From Blasia pusilla (lineage: Eukaryota): DNA of 64,000 bases. The DNA lies in assembly GCA_050084515.1 (NCBI GenBank), contig CM114271.1, positions 46,872,001 to 46,936,000 of the forward strand, written 5' to 3'. Numbering within the stretch: the first letter of the stretch is position 1; every line of letters starts with the position of its first letter. The notes beneath the pieces are model-generated. The model saw only the letters and a program-made list of their open reading frames with translations. It had not been told where the DNA came from and searched no databases. Below, in pieces: positions 29,101 to 42,600 of the stretch. The position numbers and the translations under genes were made by a program.

Positions 29101-30115
29101 TACTTTTATCTTACTTGAGATCATTGTGTGGTCTTTGTTCATATGCGTGATTGTATTTCATTTATGTGTGGATCAACCCATATATTGGGAAGATCAATGT
29201 TGTGTGTTGCGTAGATAAGATCGGCCAACGTTTATGCGTATAACATTTTCCCTGTCATCTTGTAGGATGTCCTTGACATGGCCAATACCATTCAATTCAC
29301 CAAGTGAATGGGCCCAACGTTACTCAACTTGCATGCCCTCAACAATGATATATTTGTTGATAGTAACCTTTGGTACTCACACAATATCAATATTGGTAAC
29401 CAATGCATCTACTATCCCGTCAACTACGAGTTCCTTGGTTGCACAAAAATGGACTTGTCTAGACAAGTCCGACATGTCATCACGCACCTTTTCTCACACC
29501 GTGGCCCACTTCCCTACCTCAACCCCTGCCCGCATTAGGCCTGCATTCCACTCGTGTCTATCCCGCACCCCCTCTTATGCACGACAGACGTAGGCCAAAT
29601 TTCTATTAAAAAAATAGGTCTGGCTTGCACGGGCTTGGTGTAGCATGGGTGTGGGTTGCAGTCCGCGGCCTTTCTCACGCGGGCCGGACGTAGGCCCAAA
29701 GTGGCCTAGGGTCATGGGAAGCATAAGGCCCACGATCAATTAACTCACAACGACTGACAAACTCCTGTCGCAAATCCCATCTACGCTCGCGAGACACCAA
29801 GTCCCGAAAAACTCTCCATTGCGTAACCCAACTCAACCACGTCTAACTTTACAACGTCACCCCCGTCAACTGTGGTACCATGTCGGACTTGCCTACCACG
29901 TTCAACCCCTACACCATCCACACCACCCTAACCCCGACTCAACAGATCTCACCTTGGTAACCCATCTCTCGTTATTTCGTGTGCGCCTACTCTATCCACC
30001 TTCCTCGCTCCACGCCGCCTTCGTTCAAGTCTGCCGCTTTCGTTCTAGCCTCCTTGTGCTTGCGCACACCTAGAGCCCCCCTTGTCCGCGTCTTAGGGCA
30101 CACCACCCTATGCGC

Positions 30116-30566
30116 TGTGAGAAAAAAGAAAGTGACTAAATCACTGAAATCTTTACAAAAACTTAGAGATACAAAGTGGCCTAGTCCGTCCGTGCGCTCA
30201 CAGAAGAGCTTCGATGGAACTTGAACTGGGAGATAACTCGACATACGAGAATGCGCTACCGCTGCGGCTCTCGACTATTTGACTACTCGGGAAAACTAGG
30301 GTTTTTACCTATTTTTCTTCGTTTCTATTAAAAAAAAATTTTGGTCGCGCTGCGCCATCCGACTCATTTCTATATTGCATCAGGGTGCCCCTGATGCAAT
30401 ATAGGTTAGATAAACCTAGTAACGCTTACTCAGAAACCACCCACGTCATATTACTATGACTCCTTCGACGTCTAAGTCGGAACCATCGATCTAGGATTCT
30501 TCTCCTCATACAAGGGGGCCGATCAAATCAATGGTGCTTAGAGGAGTGGATGTTGAGAATCCAATA
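30116..30566 (-). repeat. 3' LTR of the copia element (451 bp)
   Basis: Near-identical to 34671-35092 apart from a central segment. Confidence 0.95.
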
Positions 30567-33500
30567 CCCCCTCAATATCCATTCTCATGTGGACTATTGT
30601 CTTGGACCTATGCCAAGACCCTTCAGATGTCGGTGAAGTTGATCTCCGCTCAAGGCTTTCGTGAAGATGTCGCACGGTTATCCTCTGTTGGACAATAGAC
30701 TAACTTCAAAACCTCTCTCTCAATCAATTCACGAACAAAATGGTACTGGATCTCTATATGCTTCGTACGAGCATGAAACACAGGATTATGTGCTATGGCA
30801 ATGCAACTCTGATTGTCACACCACATTACAAAAGAGCACTTTCTGGTGCTTCTCCTATGTCCTCCAAGATCCATCTCAACCATACCGCTTCACAAGAAGC
30901 ATAACAAGCCGCTTTGTACTCTGCCTCGGTAGAAGAAAGAGCCCTTGAGGTTTCTTCTTGCTGACCCATGACACCACACCTGATCCTACCAAGAAGCAAT
31001 AACCCGAAATTGATCTTCGAGAATCTGAATCTCTTGCCCAATCTGAGTCACAAAAACCTGTCATTTCCGTCCCTGCTCCATAGGTGATGACGTACTCAAT
31101 AGTGCCTTTGATGTACTTCAACACACGCATCCTTGCCTTCCAATGGTTCTCACGAGGCTTAGTTGAGAACCTACTCAATACTCCCACAGCGAAGCTAATG
31201 TCTGGTCTACTGTTACACAAAAATATCAAACTGCCTACAAGCTTTCTGTACATCTTTTCATCTACCAATGGTGAAACATCCTCCATCGAGAGTTTCAACT
31301 CTACCTCCATTGGCGAGACCACTGCCTTACACTCGGTCATCCCGAATGCCTTCAAGATTTCTCTAGCATACTTCTGCTGAGAGAGAAAAATAGAATCTGA
31401 TTGTTGCCAAATTTCCAGTCCTATAAAGTAGTGCAGAAGACCTAAATCTGACATTTCAAACTCAGATTCCAACACTCCCTTCATTTCCTCTATTTTCTTA
31501 CTGTGGTCTCTTGTGATGATCAGATCATCCACATACAAGACTATCAACATATACATCCCATCTTCGCAAAACACATACAAATTTGCTTCTGAAGGACTCT
31601 TCATGAGACCCTTCTCTCGAAAGAATGTATCTATTCGTTGATACCATACCCTTGGGGCTTGCTTCAACCCATACAATGCTCGATGAAGTCAACAAACTTT
31701 CTCTTCTGATCCAAGTGTCTCAAAACCTGGTGGTTGAGAAACATATATCTCCTCCTTGAGACTCCCGTTCAGAAAAGCAGACTTCACATCATATTGGTAT
31801 ACAGGCCAACGTCTTGTTCTTGCAACCGCTAGAACAATTCGAATGGTTGTCATCCTTGCAGTGGGAGCAAAAGTCTCATAGTAGTCAAAGCCTTTGATTT
31901 GTGAGCATCCTTGTGCGACCAACATCGCTTTGAATTTATCCAATGTACCGTCCGACTTGTACTTGGTCTTGTACACCCACTTGGTGCGATTATCTTCCCC
32001 GCCCTCTGGCTTTTCAACCAAAGTCCAAGTTTCATTTCTCTGAATAGCGCCCATCTCCATCTGCATGGCCTCTCTCCATTGAGGATGAGTCGGGGCCTTA
32101 TCCAAGCATGATGGCTCTTCCACCTTCAAGACCTCTCGTCATCGGGCCATGTTGACAAGATGCGGAAGCTCTATTCTCGCTCCTCTAGTCTCTTGGATCT
32201 CCTTGGATGTGTAACAACTTCATCGATTCTTTGGTGGATCCTTACCATCCAAGAGATGCTTTATCCACTTAGGTATGACGATCGTAGTGGAAGAGCAGGT
32301 TGCTCTTTGTAATCATCACCAAAATCTTCTTCTTGATGATCTGGTGTAAACACCGTGGTGTGCTCGGTGGGTTATCTCTTCGTTTGATGATAATGTGGAC
32401 GGACCACGATATCCGCCACTTGACGCAGGTGTTCTCGAACACCACGTCACGACTCACAAGCATCTTCTTTTCCTCAGGACACCAAAGGCGATAAGCTTTA
32501 GACTCATCACTGTATCCCATAAAGATGCACTTCCTGCTCTTGGACTCCAACTTGGTCCTCGATGCTTCAGGAATATGTACAAAACACTCACTACCAAAAG
32601 TCCTGAAATGTTGGACTGATGGTACCTTACGTGAGTATGATTGATGAGGAGTCATGCCTTGCACTGACTTGGTAGCACTTCTATTTATAATGTATACGGC
32701 AGTATTAACAGCTTCAGCCCAAAAGCCTTCTGTCAAACCTTTTGCTTTTATCATACATCTTGCCATCTCCACCACTATACGATTTCGACGCTCAACAACT
32801 CCATTTTTTTGTGGTGTATGTGCCGTGGTTACCTGTCGCTTGATTCCATGCTCTCCCAAATATTTGTTGAATTCTGTTGATAAGAATTCTCCTCCTCGAT
32901 CGGTGCGAAGCTTTTGAACCTTCTTTCCTGTCTCATTCTCAACCAGCTTGTGCCATACTTTAAATTTTCCAAAAGCACTTGCCTTATCACGAAGGAAATA
33001 CACCCACATCTTCCTACTATAATCGTCGACAACTAAAAAGAAGTAGGAAGAACCACCTAATGCCACCGTTCTCATTTTACCACAGAGGTCAGCATGTATC
33101 AACTCTAGAGGAGCCTTTGCCCTATTCTTTGGACTCTTGTGGAAATGGTTGTCGGTGTTGCTTGCCCATCATACAAGCTTCACAAGTATCCGACATTCCG
33201 AAATTGTTGATAAATCAAAGCAACCATGCCAGATTTTTTGCATCGACTTAGTAAGGGAAAGCTTAGGTGACCAAATCTTTCATGCCACAACTTATCTACT
33301 ACTAAGAGTCAGACCTACACTTGTCGTGAAAGCATACAACTCGTAGATATTTCCACGTCGTATACCTTCACCCACTACTTTCCCATTGGCATCCTCAATG
33401 ATCGCCTCAGTTTTCTTGAAACGAACTTCTAGGTCACGATCACATAATCGCCATGAAATCAAATTTCGCTTCAATCGTGGTAATGACAAGACATCGTTAA

Positions 33501-34670
33501 CTTCTTTTCATCTCCTTTTTGTGAGACTAAAGAAATTTTGCCTTTCCCTTCTACATGGCACTTTGCATTATTCCCAACAGTAACAACGATGGGCTCCTGT
33601 AGAGGCTGTAAGGAGCTATACCAATCCTTATGATTGGTCATATGCCTAGATGCTCCACTATCGAGCACCCATGCATCTTCACTCTTTGTCTTAGTGGTAT
33701 GTTCTGCCTGTGTGCAGAACTCTTCTATTGCTACCCAAGCATCTACTTCATGTTCTCCCAGTTCTACAGAATTTCCAGACTCCTTCTTAGGTCTTAAACA
33801 ACCGTTCTTCTCATCCTACAATCTTTGATAAGATGACCTAGCTTACCACAATAAAAGCATTTGAAGGCTTTTCTTGGAAATTTCTTCTTGACATTTGAAC
33901 TTTAATCCTGATTTCTACCTCTCTGTACGTTGGCAGTAAATGCTGCGTCACTTCCCTCTCTTGCTTTGAAGCGCATTTCCTCTTCTACCAACATTGCACT
34001 AAATTGTTCAAAAGTAAGCGGCGTGGGTCTTACTTGAGTATTCAGTGCAGTGACCAAATTGTCATACCTTGGAGGCAAAATCCTTATGCACCGGCTTGCC
34101 AAATCTTCGCTAGACTTTGAATTTCCCACGGACGCCATCTGATCTTGAAGATTCTTGATCCTTGTCAAAAATTGCTCCGCGCTTTCTCCTTCTGAAAATT
34201 TCTCGGACGTAAGCTGATTCTCCAGATTTTGAATCCGAGTCTCATTCCTCGTTTCATATTGATTCTTCAAAATGTTCCACACCTCGGCAGAAGAAGTGGT
34301 TGTATGTTGAATGAGAGTCATGATGTAATCGATTATTCGTGACAATCGCATATAGAGCATCAGCGTTTCTGCGTCTCCATGCCAATAATACAACAGGATC
34401 AATATCCCCAGATGAAGATGAACTTGCAGAACTCAAACTAGCTTGTGGATTTGAATCGACCCCTGTGGCTGTTTCCCAAATCTCAAATGATTCGAGAACA
34501 GTTCTCATTTTGAACTTCCACAACGTATAGTTAGACCCATCTAACTTCCCTTCACCCAGCGGAGGAGGGCGAGCACGAACTGACGAAGAAGTAGCCATCT
34601 CTCAAGATTTTGTGCAAACACACTAGATCGCCAGATACAAAATACTGGAAAAACCCTCGCCTCGATACCA

Positions 34671-35092
34671 TGTGAGAAAAAAGAAAGTGACTAAATCACT
34701 GAAATCTTTACAAAAACTTAGAGATACAAAGTGGCCTAGTCCGTCCGTGCGCTCACAGAAGAGCTTCGATGGAACCTGAACTGGGAGATAACTCGACATA
34801 CAAGAATGCGCTACCGCTGCGGCTCCCGACTATTTGACTACTCGGGAAAACTAGGGTTTTTACCTATTTTTCTTCGTTTCTATTAATAGAAAATTTTTGC
34901 ATCAGGAGCATCCGCACCCTGATGCAATATAGGGTTAGATAAACCTAGTAACGCTACTCCGTAAACCACCTACGTCATATTACTATGACTCCTTCGACGT
35001 CTAAGTCGGAACCATCGATCTAGGCTTCTCTTCATACAAGGGGGCCGATCAAATCAATGGTGCTCAGAGGAGTGGATGTTGAGAATCCAATA
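34671..35092 (-). repeat. 5' LTR of the copia element (422 bp)
   Basis: Adjacent to the primer-binding site; near-identical to 30116-30566. Confidence 0.95.
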
Positions 35093-35373
35093 TGCGCAGC
35101 CCTGCCCAATCCTCTCTTTCACCCCACCTTCCTTGGACCTCCGTCCCCGCTCAGCCTGGATATAGACACGCAGCCCTATGCCATCTTTGCACCCGTGACT
35201 CTCCCGACTCCCACTGCCTTGGACCGCAACTCCTCAAGCATGGGAGCGACATGCCCCCCGATCCTCATTACTCCCTCTTAGGCTGCCTTTGCCCTTACAC
35301 GGGCCTCCCCATGCACGCGTCCCTATGGAGGGTTGTTTCCTCCTTCACTCTCGCTCCTCCCGCACCATGCGGG

Positions 35374-35428
35374 AAGAGCCTAGGATGCGGAAGAAGCCAG
35401 TATGGCTTCTTCCGCATCCTAGGCTCTT
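35374..35428. repeat. Perfect 26-bp inverted repeat with a 3-nt loop
   Basis: aagagcctaggatgcggaagaagcca-gta-tggcttcttccgcatcctaggctctt. Confidence 0.95.
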
Positions 35429-35739
35429 TGCAACACCCTTTAACTGCCCAATGCGCGTTGTGAGGTCCCAGTGTATATGCGTGAGTATGTTTCATTTATA
35501 TGTGGATCTACCCGTATGTTGGGGAAGATCGGTGTTATATGGTGTGTAGATGTGACCAGCGATGTGGGTTGTGTAGCGATGTGTATACGCACGACACTAG
35601 AGAGGGATGAGACGACACGATGAATTTAATTGCATAATGAGTCGTAGTCAAGGTTGCACACGGACAAAGTCTGTCTTAGGGACGGAGATGTCTGTGCAGG
35701 CCCAACCTCCTATATCCCACACCCACACCCAACCTCCCC

Positions 35740-36550
35740 GCACCCTTGACATATCGTTGATAGAAGTTTGCTAGTCCAAGAAACGCTTGAACTCGACTCA
35801 CATCTGTAAGGCATGGAATCTGCGCAATAGCCTCCACCTTTTTCCGTTGAAGACCTAACCCACTCGGGTATATGGTGTGTCCCAAGTACTCGATCTACTC
35901 CTGAAAGAATATGCACTTGCCTTGATGTAACTTCAGTCCATGTAACAAGTCTTGACTCCTGACTCTTGGAGCGAGCCTTGATTCAGAGCAGGAGTCAGGA
36001 CTTGTTGGAGGCAAGACTTGTGGAGTTATCACATGGGGAGTATGCATCTGCCACAGTCATGCCGGCGAAGAAGGATATGTATGGCAATTGGACAGAGAGG
36101 CAAATGTGTGGATATTACTGTCTTATCAATCGACAGACAAGGTCTGATTGGTACGCCATGCCTACTCCTAAGGAAATCTTTGATACGGTAGGGCATGCAA
36201 AGATCTTAAGTACTTTAGATCTCCGTGTTGGCTATAATCAGCTTCCTATCAGGTTGGAGGACAGGTAGTAGACACCATTCTGGGACTCCAACAAGTCCTA
36301 ACTCCTGCTCTGAATCAAGGCTCGCTCCATATCAAAATATATGTAGGGTCGACGAAAGATTGGCGTATCACTAACCAACTCAATCCGTATCCTAGGACCC
36401 TTCAGTGTACCCAAGTCTCTCATACTGAAGGCAAAACAACTGACGTGCCCTCTCAAAAACCTATGAACTCGCCGTCGCTCTCCTCCTATCAACTTGAGAC
36501 CTATCACAGGCTCTCAAGTCTCCAAAGTGGATGGTGCCCACTGCATTCGA
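35740..36550 (-). mobile_element. Ty3/gypsy reverse-transcriptase relic with an internally inverted segment
   Basis: Minus strand 36507-36298 gives the pre-RT region (PIFRRPY..ERALIQSRS). Plus strand 35966-36268 gives the RT N-terminus (EYASATVMPAKKD..MPTPKEIFD..STLDLRVGYNQ). Minus strand about 35940-35745 gives the RT C-terminus (LKLHQGKC..YLGH..FLGLANFYQRYVKG). Confidence 0.9.
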
Positions 36551-38488
36551 GAAACAACGCATGCCCCGATGACCCATGTCGTCCATCACCTTCCAAGTGA
36601 TATTGCCTCCGTCTGCAATTGCGTCACCAGACCCGGTGTTTAGTGATGACGATCCAGCCACACATGGATGTCGAGATAGCTCCTCACTTGTAATCCCTCG
36701 ATATCTCACTCCACTCCGTGTCACACCCCTACTACTACTCGCACTACCCCATTCTTCCAAACCTTGGAAGACCCCCGTGATGACAACCTTGTCTCACCCG
36801 CTCAAGCACTCAGACTCACCAAGAGTCTCCCAAACTCCTCAATAGCTCACTGACGCTAATGGTAATCCCGTGACGACACACCCGGCCTCACGCACACTCA
36901 ACACTTGGGCTCACCATGAGCCTCCCAACTAACTCAACTAAACAATTGATACTCTCAAGTCATAAATCATAAGAGCGGGGAAAGGGACTCGAATGGGTAG
37001 CCTGATCACGCCCTCCAACCTACGGCACCGTCAACATCCACCCCTCCATGTGATATGACAACCTCTGCAACCCAACACTCTCCTCGACCACCACGTCAAA
37101 CCTCCCAACAACATCGGTGTGTATGTCTCCATCAGAATCCTTGCAAATCCCACCCATCCTGAAAAATATCATGTCCTGAAAAATCTCCCCGCCCACCCCC
37201 AGACGCGCCTTGCAACCTCAACTTAACCCTGTCCAAACTCAACCATGCACCTCTATCACGTCACCCGTGCCTCTACCACGTCATCCTACTACATCCACCA
37301 TGGCTCCTACTACACCCTGGCTCTTCCCCTACCTGGTATGCTCCAACCACGCACATGATAACTACGTCCCTATCACATCCGCTCCTCCACGTCGAAACTA
37401 CGTAAGGGAAAACGGGGGCCAAGGGGTTGGCCCGAGTCCCTATGGGTCATTATGGCCCCACCCTAAATGCGGGGGACACGTAAATGCAAGGGGGGAAGGG
37501 AGGGTCACGTCCAAGGGCCACGGCTCCATAGCTTGCCACCCCGGCTTCCTCCATCCACCTCCGCCCTGCTCCGACCTAACCCTAGCCAACGTTACTTTAT
37601 AGCCCCCCGACGGCAGCAAGGCGAAGCTCTCCTTTCCCTCTCTCTTATCACTCATCGGTCGGCAACACACTTGTGAACTCCCGCCGCTACATGCTCCCCT
37701 ACACTCATGTGCTCTCTCTCGACAGTCTGCACCTGCGAAATCTACGAAGAACAGACATCGCTTCCGCCCACGGCATTTTGAACAGAAAAATGACCAACAA
37801 AACGCCAACCAGCGTCTCCAGGGGCTCCCCACCGAGGCAACTTGCTTGCCTACCTGCAAACAATGAATTCCCACCAGCCCCTTGACATCTTTCTCATGTA
37901 AAAATAAAGAATAATAAAAACGTCACACCCTCCTAAAACTAGCCTAAAACTCCACTCCTCAATCTACATCAGCATATTGAGCCTCGTCCACCCTGCGCTA
38001 TCAAGGAATCCGGACGCTAGCACCCTGGTCCTATCTCACACACATACAAGAGAGGTGCTCTAACGGCCCAACATGAGAAAGATGGCTTGGGAAAGCCATC
38101 TTCCTCCCTTATAAAGTCTCTTCCCCTAAAAATAGCTATCCTCCTAGTAACCTACGCCCACAGGTTATTAGGGGCGGGTGACCTACTCAACAAGTCATCC
38201 GGCTGTGAAAGATCTCAACGGGAAAGTTTTTAGAAACAACGTTTTTGACACAACAGACCTGTCCTCAACCTCATCTGGCAGCGCGGGACAAAGTTACACT
38301 CAAGGTAGTCCGCTGGCTCTTATGCCCTATCCACGATAGATCTCATCCTATTGGCTACTCAGATGTGATAGCTTTCTCACAACTGAATCCTAGCTTGGGT
38401 CGCTTAAGCCTACAGTGCCAAACATCTCCTTATTTCTAGGATGGTGGTTCAATTTGGCTATGCGGTGTTATGGTCCTAGGAGAATTCC

Positions 38489-38760
38489 TCATACCAGGTG
38501 AGTGCATATATGTGCTTTAAACTTCAAAGAGACCTTGAATCCCCACATGGCTTTTGAAACTTGGCAAGTCACAAAAATATGCTCTACGGCATTCACCCAT
38601 TGATTAAGGCACTTGACATCCATCTCATCCCTATACAAGTATAACTCCTTACTCACATCTCCCAATCGATACCCTAGGGATGAGATCAAAGTTGAGCTAC
38701 ATGGCCTCATGGTCTCCCTAAGCACATAATCCATTTGGGCTTGCAGTTGTTCTTTCAATG
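38489..38760 (-). mobile_element. Possible retrotransposon gag relic
   Basis: ORF ..DVKCLNQWVNAVEHIFVTCQVSKAMWGFKVSLKFKAH resembles the Ty3 gag pattern 'W...E.YF......K...A...L'. It lies downstream of repeat B on the same strand. Confidence 0.4.
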
Positions 38761-39309
38761 CCTTGAAGATGGCATGCTAAATCTCATTGAAACTGATGAG
38801 TGATGGAACCCCCATGAATTTCCTCCAATCATCCTCGCTAACTTTTCTCTTCATGGGCAGTGACTCCTTAGGTTCACCTATTTGGGCAGGGAATCCCCCG
38901 AGGTTGAATTCCTCCAACGAGTCACCGAGAGTCTGGAGCAGGGAGTTTCCGCCAACCCGCGTTTCATCCCCAAAACCTTCATCCTAATGAGATAACTCAT
39001 TGAATTCCGAGATATTCTCAAAATTTTGTGGGAGGCCTAATAGGCACATTCCCTATATCGCTCATACCTTTACCAAGCCATGGCACTTCAAGATCCATCA
39101 GCCTCTTCTTACCCATATAGGGCTTATCACTATCCTTGGCCATGCCAATCACCATCGCCAAAATCACCCACTAACCATGGCCTATTCAATGGTTTGCACT
39201 AATTACATGTCATAAAGTGGACCTCTACTTCTCCTACCTTCACCTTGAAGCACACTTCACCTGGAGCTTTGCAAAAGGAAGACTTAGGTTGAGTTCCAAA
39301 GACTCAACT

Positions 39310-39655
39310 TGTTGCACATTCCGTTGGTAGTTGAGAAACTGTCAAGCAATACTCGGGTTGAGTCTCCCCAAGTTCATACGGTCTCCCTATGAATCCTCTT
39401 CCCGAAGCCTCGACCAATCTCTCCAAGTTTCTTTCCTGTATTAGAGTGCAAGATCAATTCCTCAAGGTGCGTCCCCTAGCTCAAATGCAAAACATGGCCA
39501 AACAAGCATCACGGTTGGTTCTAGATTGAATGACTTGAGCATGTTGGGAGGGAGAGTGTTCCCTCCTATAGGTACTTGTTGGGTTCTCGGGGAGAATCCC
39601 ACCTTTACCATTCTCCCCCTCGGGCCATTGATTTTGGCCCTCAAAACCCAAATAT
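39310..39655 (-). repeat. Old dispersed repeat B, copy 2
   Basis: Homologous to 17555-17895. Confidence 0.75.
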
Positions 39656-42600
39656 GGTTCACGACCCACAGACCGGCGTTGGCATAAATAATGGAGGTAG
39701 ACTCATTTGAGTCATTTCTACAATTTTTATTTTTTTTTAACCGGTTGGCCTTTGGCCAATATCCCATCTTAACTACTGAAACACATCAAATATGTTTCTT
39801 TTACAAAGAATGTCAAATCTATCCAAACCTTGACTTGGATTAATGATACAATAAAACTATGATTATCTAGTGAGGCCTAGATTTTCTTAAGTAAAAGCAA
39901 ACTTTAGCAAAATTTTGGGGATGGAATTTTTTGAGAAATTATTGGAGAAATTTATGGAATATTTCCATTCTTTGATTTCCATTGAGGTAAAAATAAATGT
40001 GCCATGTCAACGATGAGATATCCAACTGAAAGTTTAGGATGAAATATCCGCTGACTTTTTTTGAAAACTTCTCTCATATTCGATTTATGAAAAATCTGGA
40101 ATAGGAGTGGGTTTGGATTCATTTGAAGATCACATATCTATCATTTTTGTATAGAAATTCACATGTCTTTGCTTAGTTGCTATAAATATGACGTGAACGA
40201 TGAATATATTTGAGTCACATTGGGAGTGAATGTTGTGTTAGAATCTTAGAAGGCACTTCTCTTCACAATTTTGAGAGTTAGCTATTAGAATATTAGAGTT
40301 CTCTCTTTAGAAATATTTATTTGGGTGTGTCCACTGGTCGCTGACAAATGTTCTAGGATTCATAGGATAAATGGATGTGATATATGTTCATGACAATCAA
40401 TGTATGTGGTTGGTAGCATATATTTATACGACATGACAAATACTAGTCCGAAAATGTGTTGAGGAGCCAAGAATCATTCATCCTTGATAATAGAGATTAG
40501 ACTTCAAATACATAGCATCACTACAAATGAGTCACATCCATGTGCTCCTCAACGCTGTAAAAATACTTCTCTTCCAATTTCTGAATTCTCTACTCCATAA
40601 ATTCACTAAATCCATTTTTTACATTTTAAAAAGTTCCAATTGTAACTCCAATTTCATTCATAAAATAAATACGTATGAATTTTTTTTAAGAACCTAGGAT
40701 GAAATGAAGGAATGAATCTATGAGTGTAGCTATTTTTTCTTGTAAAATTCATTCATTATAACATAGCTTAATTGCTTGCAAGAAAATCCTATATTCAGAA
40801 TGTAGTGGAATCTAATAAGAAAGTCTGGAGAAAAAAGCATAATGCAAGAAATAAAATGGGAAAATTCCAAATAAAGAAATAGGACACCAAATTTTAACAA
40901 GGGTAAAATGAAAATAAATTTTCCCTGTGGCTAATTTGCAAATGAAAATTTTGATACTTTTCATAAGACACCATTTTTTATGGCATAAAGTTTTTGGCAC
41001 ACGTTTTAACCAATAATCTAGCAATGTGAAAATTTTCCTCTTAGAAACTATTCCCAAAAAAAAAATGGTATAAAAAATAGGACATGAAATTTTGAAAAAG
41101 GACAATGAAAAGAGAAAAATTGAGCTAATTTTGGATTGAAAATTTCTAAGGCTATTTTTAATTAACTATGTATGATGGAAAAAAATTGACATGCATTTTG
41201 ACGACTATTTGGGCCAAAAAAAATGATGGGAAAAAATTCCAAACCCAATTTCAAGAATATTCCCAACTACAAAAAAAAAATCCATTTTTTCAACCGTATT
41301 CCCAAGTTTTTTTTGAAATCTGAAAAATAGTTGGAAAATTCTTTTAGATACGATTCCATAAACCATGGCTTATGAAAAAAGTTAAATGTTTGAAGCTTAT
41401 AAGTCTCACATTCTCGAAACCTTACGACACACAACTATAGAAATTGGAGGTATTGACATAGTGGACCCAAAATCTCTATTGTTATTATTGATAGGGGTTA
41501 GGGAATGGAATAAGTCCTTCTATGTTCTCCATGTGTCAATTTTCAAACATCACAATTGGTTGTGCCTATATTTTTCATGAAGACTTGCATACATGAATGC
41601 AAGTTTCATGAAGACTTGCATACATAAATTTGGAAGTAGGATTGATATTTTCACTCTATTTTCCTATTCGAAATACAAAAGTAAAAAAAAAAAAAAAAGG
41701 AGGTCATGAGACAAATAATCTAAGTCTCTACTTATCCCTCATATTGAATTATTGACACTTTGATATTAATTCAAGATACAACATCACCAACAACCAAATT
41801 CAGAATATTCCATGTTTAATCATTGATCTCTTTTATTCTATTTCTTAAGGAATATAAATTTAGATTTGCTAACAAAACACGGGTGGTCTAAAATTATGAC
41901 CCTCACTTGGTGGAATGTATCAAGAGTGAAATCATTGCAACACACATAGATCTGCAAATGCTTCTTCCAATACAAACACTAGTGAGATGCCCGTGCTATA
42001 CACACTCTAATTTAATGAATCTGAGGTATCTTTTTTTCCACACTAAAATGAGTCATCGATGTAAAAATGTATTTTTCAATAAACACGTGTCAGATCAGAT
42101 CAAGGATGGACATAAAAAAACTCAATCTTCCCATTAGTATATAGGTGATGCATTCACATATAATGTTGTTCATAAAGAAATACTTGGGGAAAATTTTTTT
42201 CACGTTTATGACCAAGTGACCATGTCCATTGCATCCCATACCATAATCCTAGTTTAATTATGTGTGGCATCTCCACACAATAAGAAAAGGTAACAAAGAT
42301 CTAGATTTCTATGCTAACAAAAGAAAATTGATATGGGAGAAAATTGATACCCTAAATCAGGACTTTCCAAATGGATCCGTAAAACTCTTGAAATAACACA
42401 AGGTCGCTAGTAAATGATGTATCCGTGATTCATATGGAGAGGTTAAAAGCTTTTGTGTGCACCATGAAGATGGGGGTGCACACATAAAGATATTCGGCTC
42501 GAGCATCTCAACTAGTGACACCACTCCGCATCAAAGTCTCGAAGAGTTTGGGAAATTTTAGAAAATGCATGCCCTTCTTATGCTTAGTGGTCGTCACTGG

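Larger units (their letters stand above)
30116..35092 (-). mobile_element. Full-length Ty1/copia LTR retrotransposon with a frameshifted gag-pol
   Basis: LTRs at 34671-35092 (5') and 30116-30566 (3'). TSD TGCGC at 30111-30115 and 35093-35097. tRNA-iMet-like primer-binding site TGGTATCGAGGC at 34659-34670. Polypurine tract (GAGGGGG) just inside the 3' LTR. Domain order: gag (KLDGSNYTLWKFKM; CFYCGKLGHLIKDC), protease (WVLDSGASRHM), integrase (HADLCG..LRTDRGGEF..NGVVERRNR), RT (YGLKQAPR..YVDD), RNase H (CDSDW; CDNQS..HARTKHIEIQYHFVRE). Confidence 0.98.
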
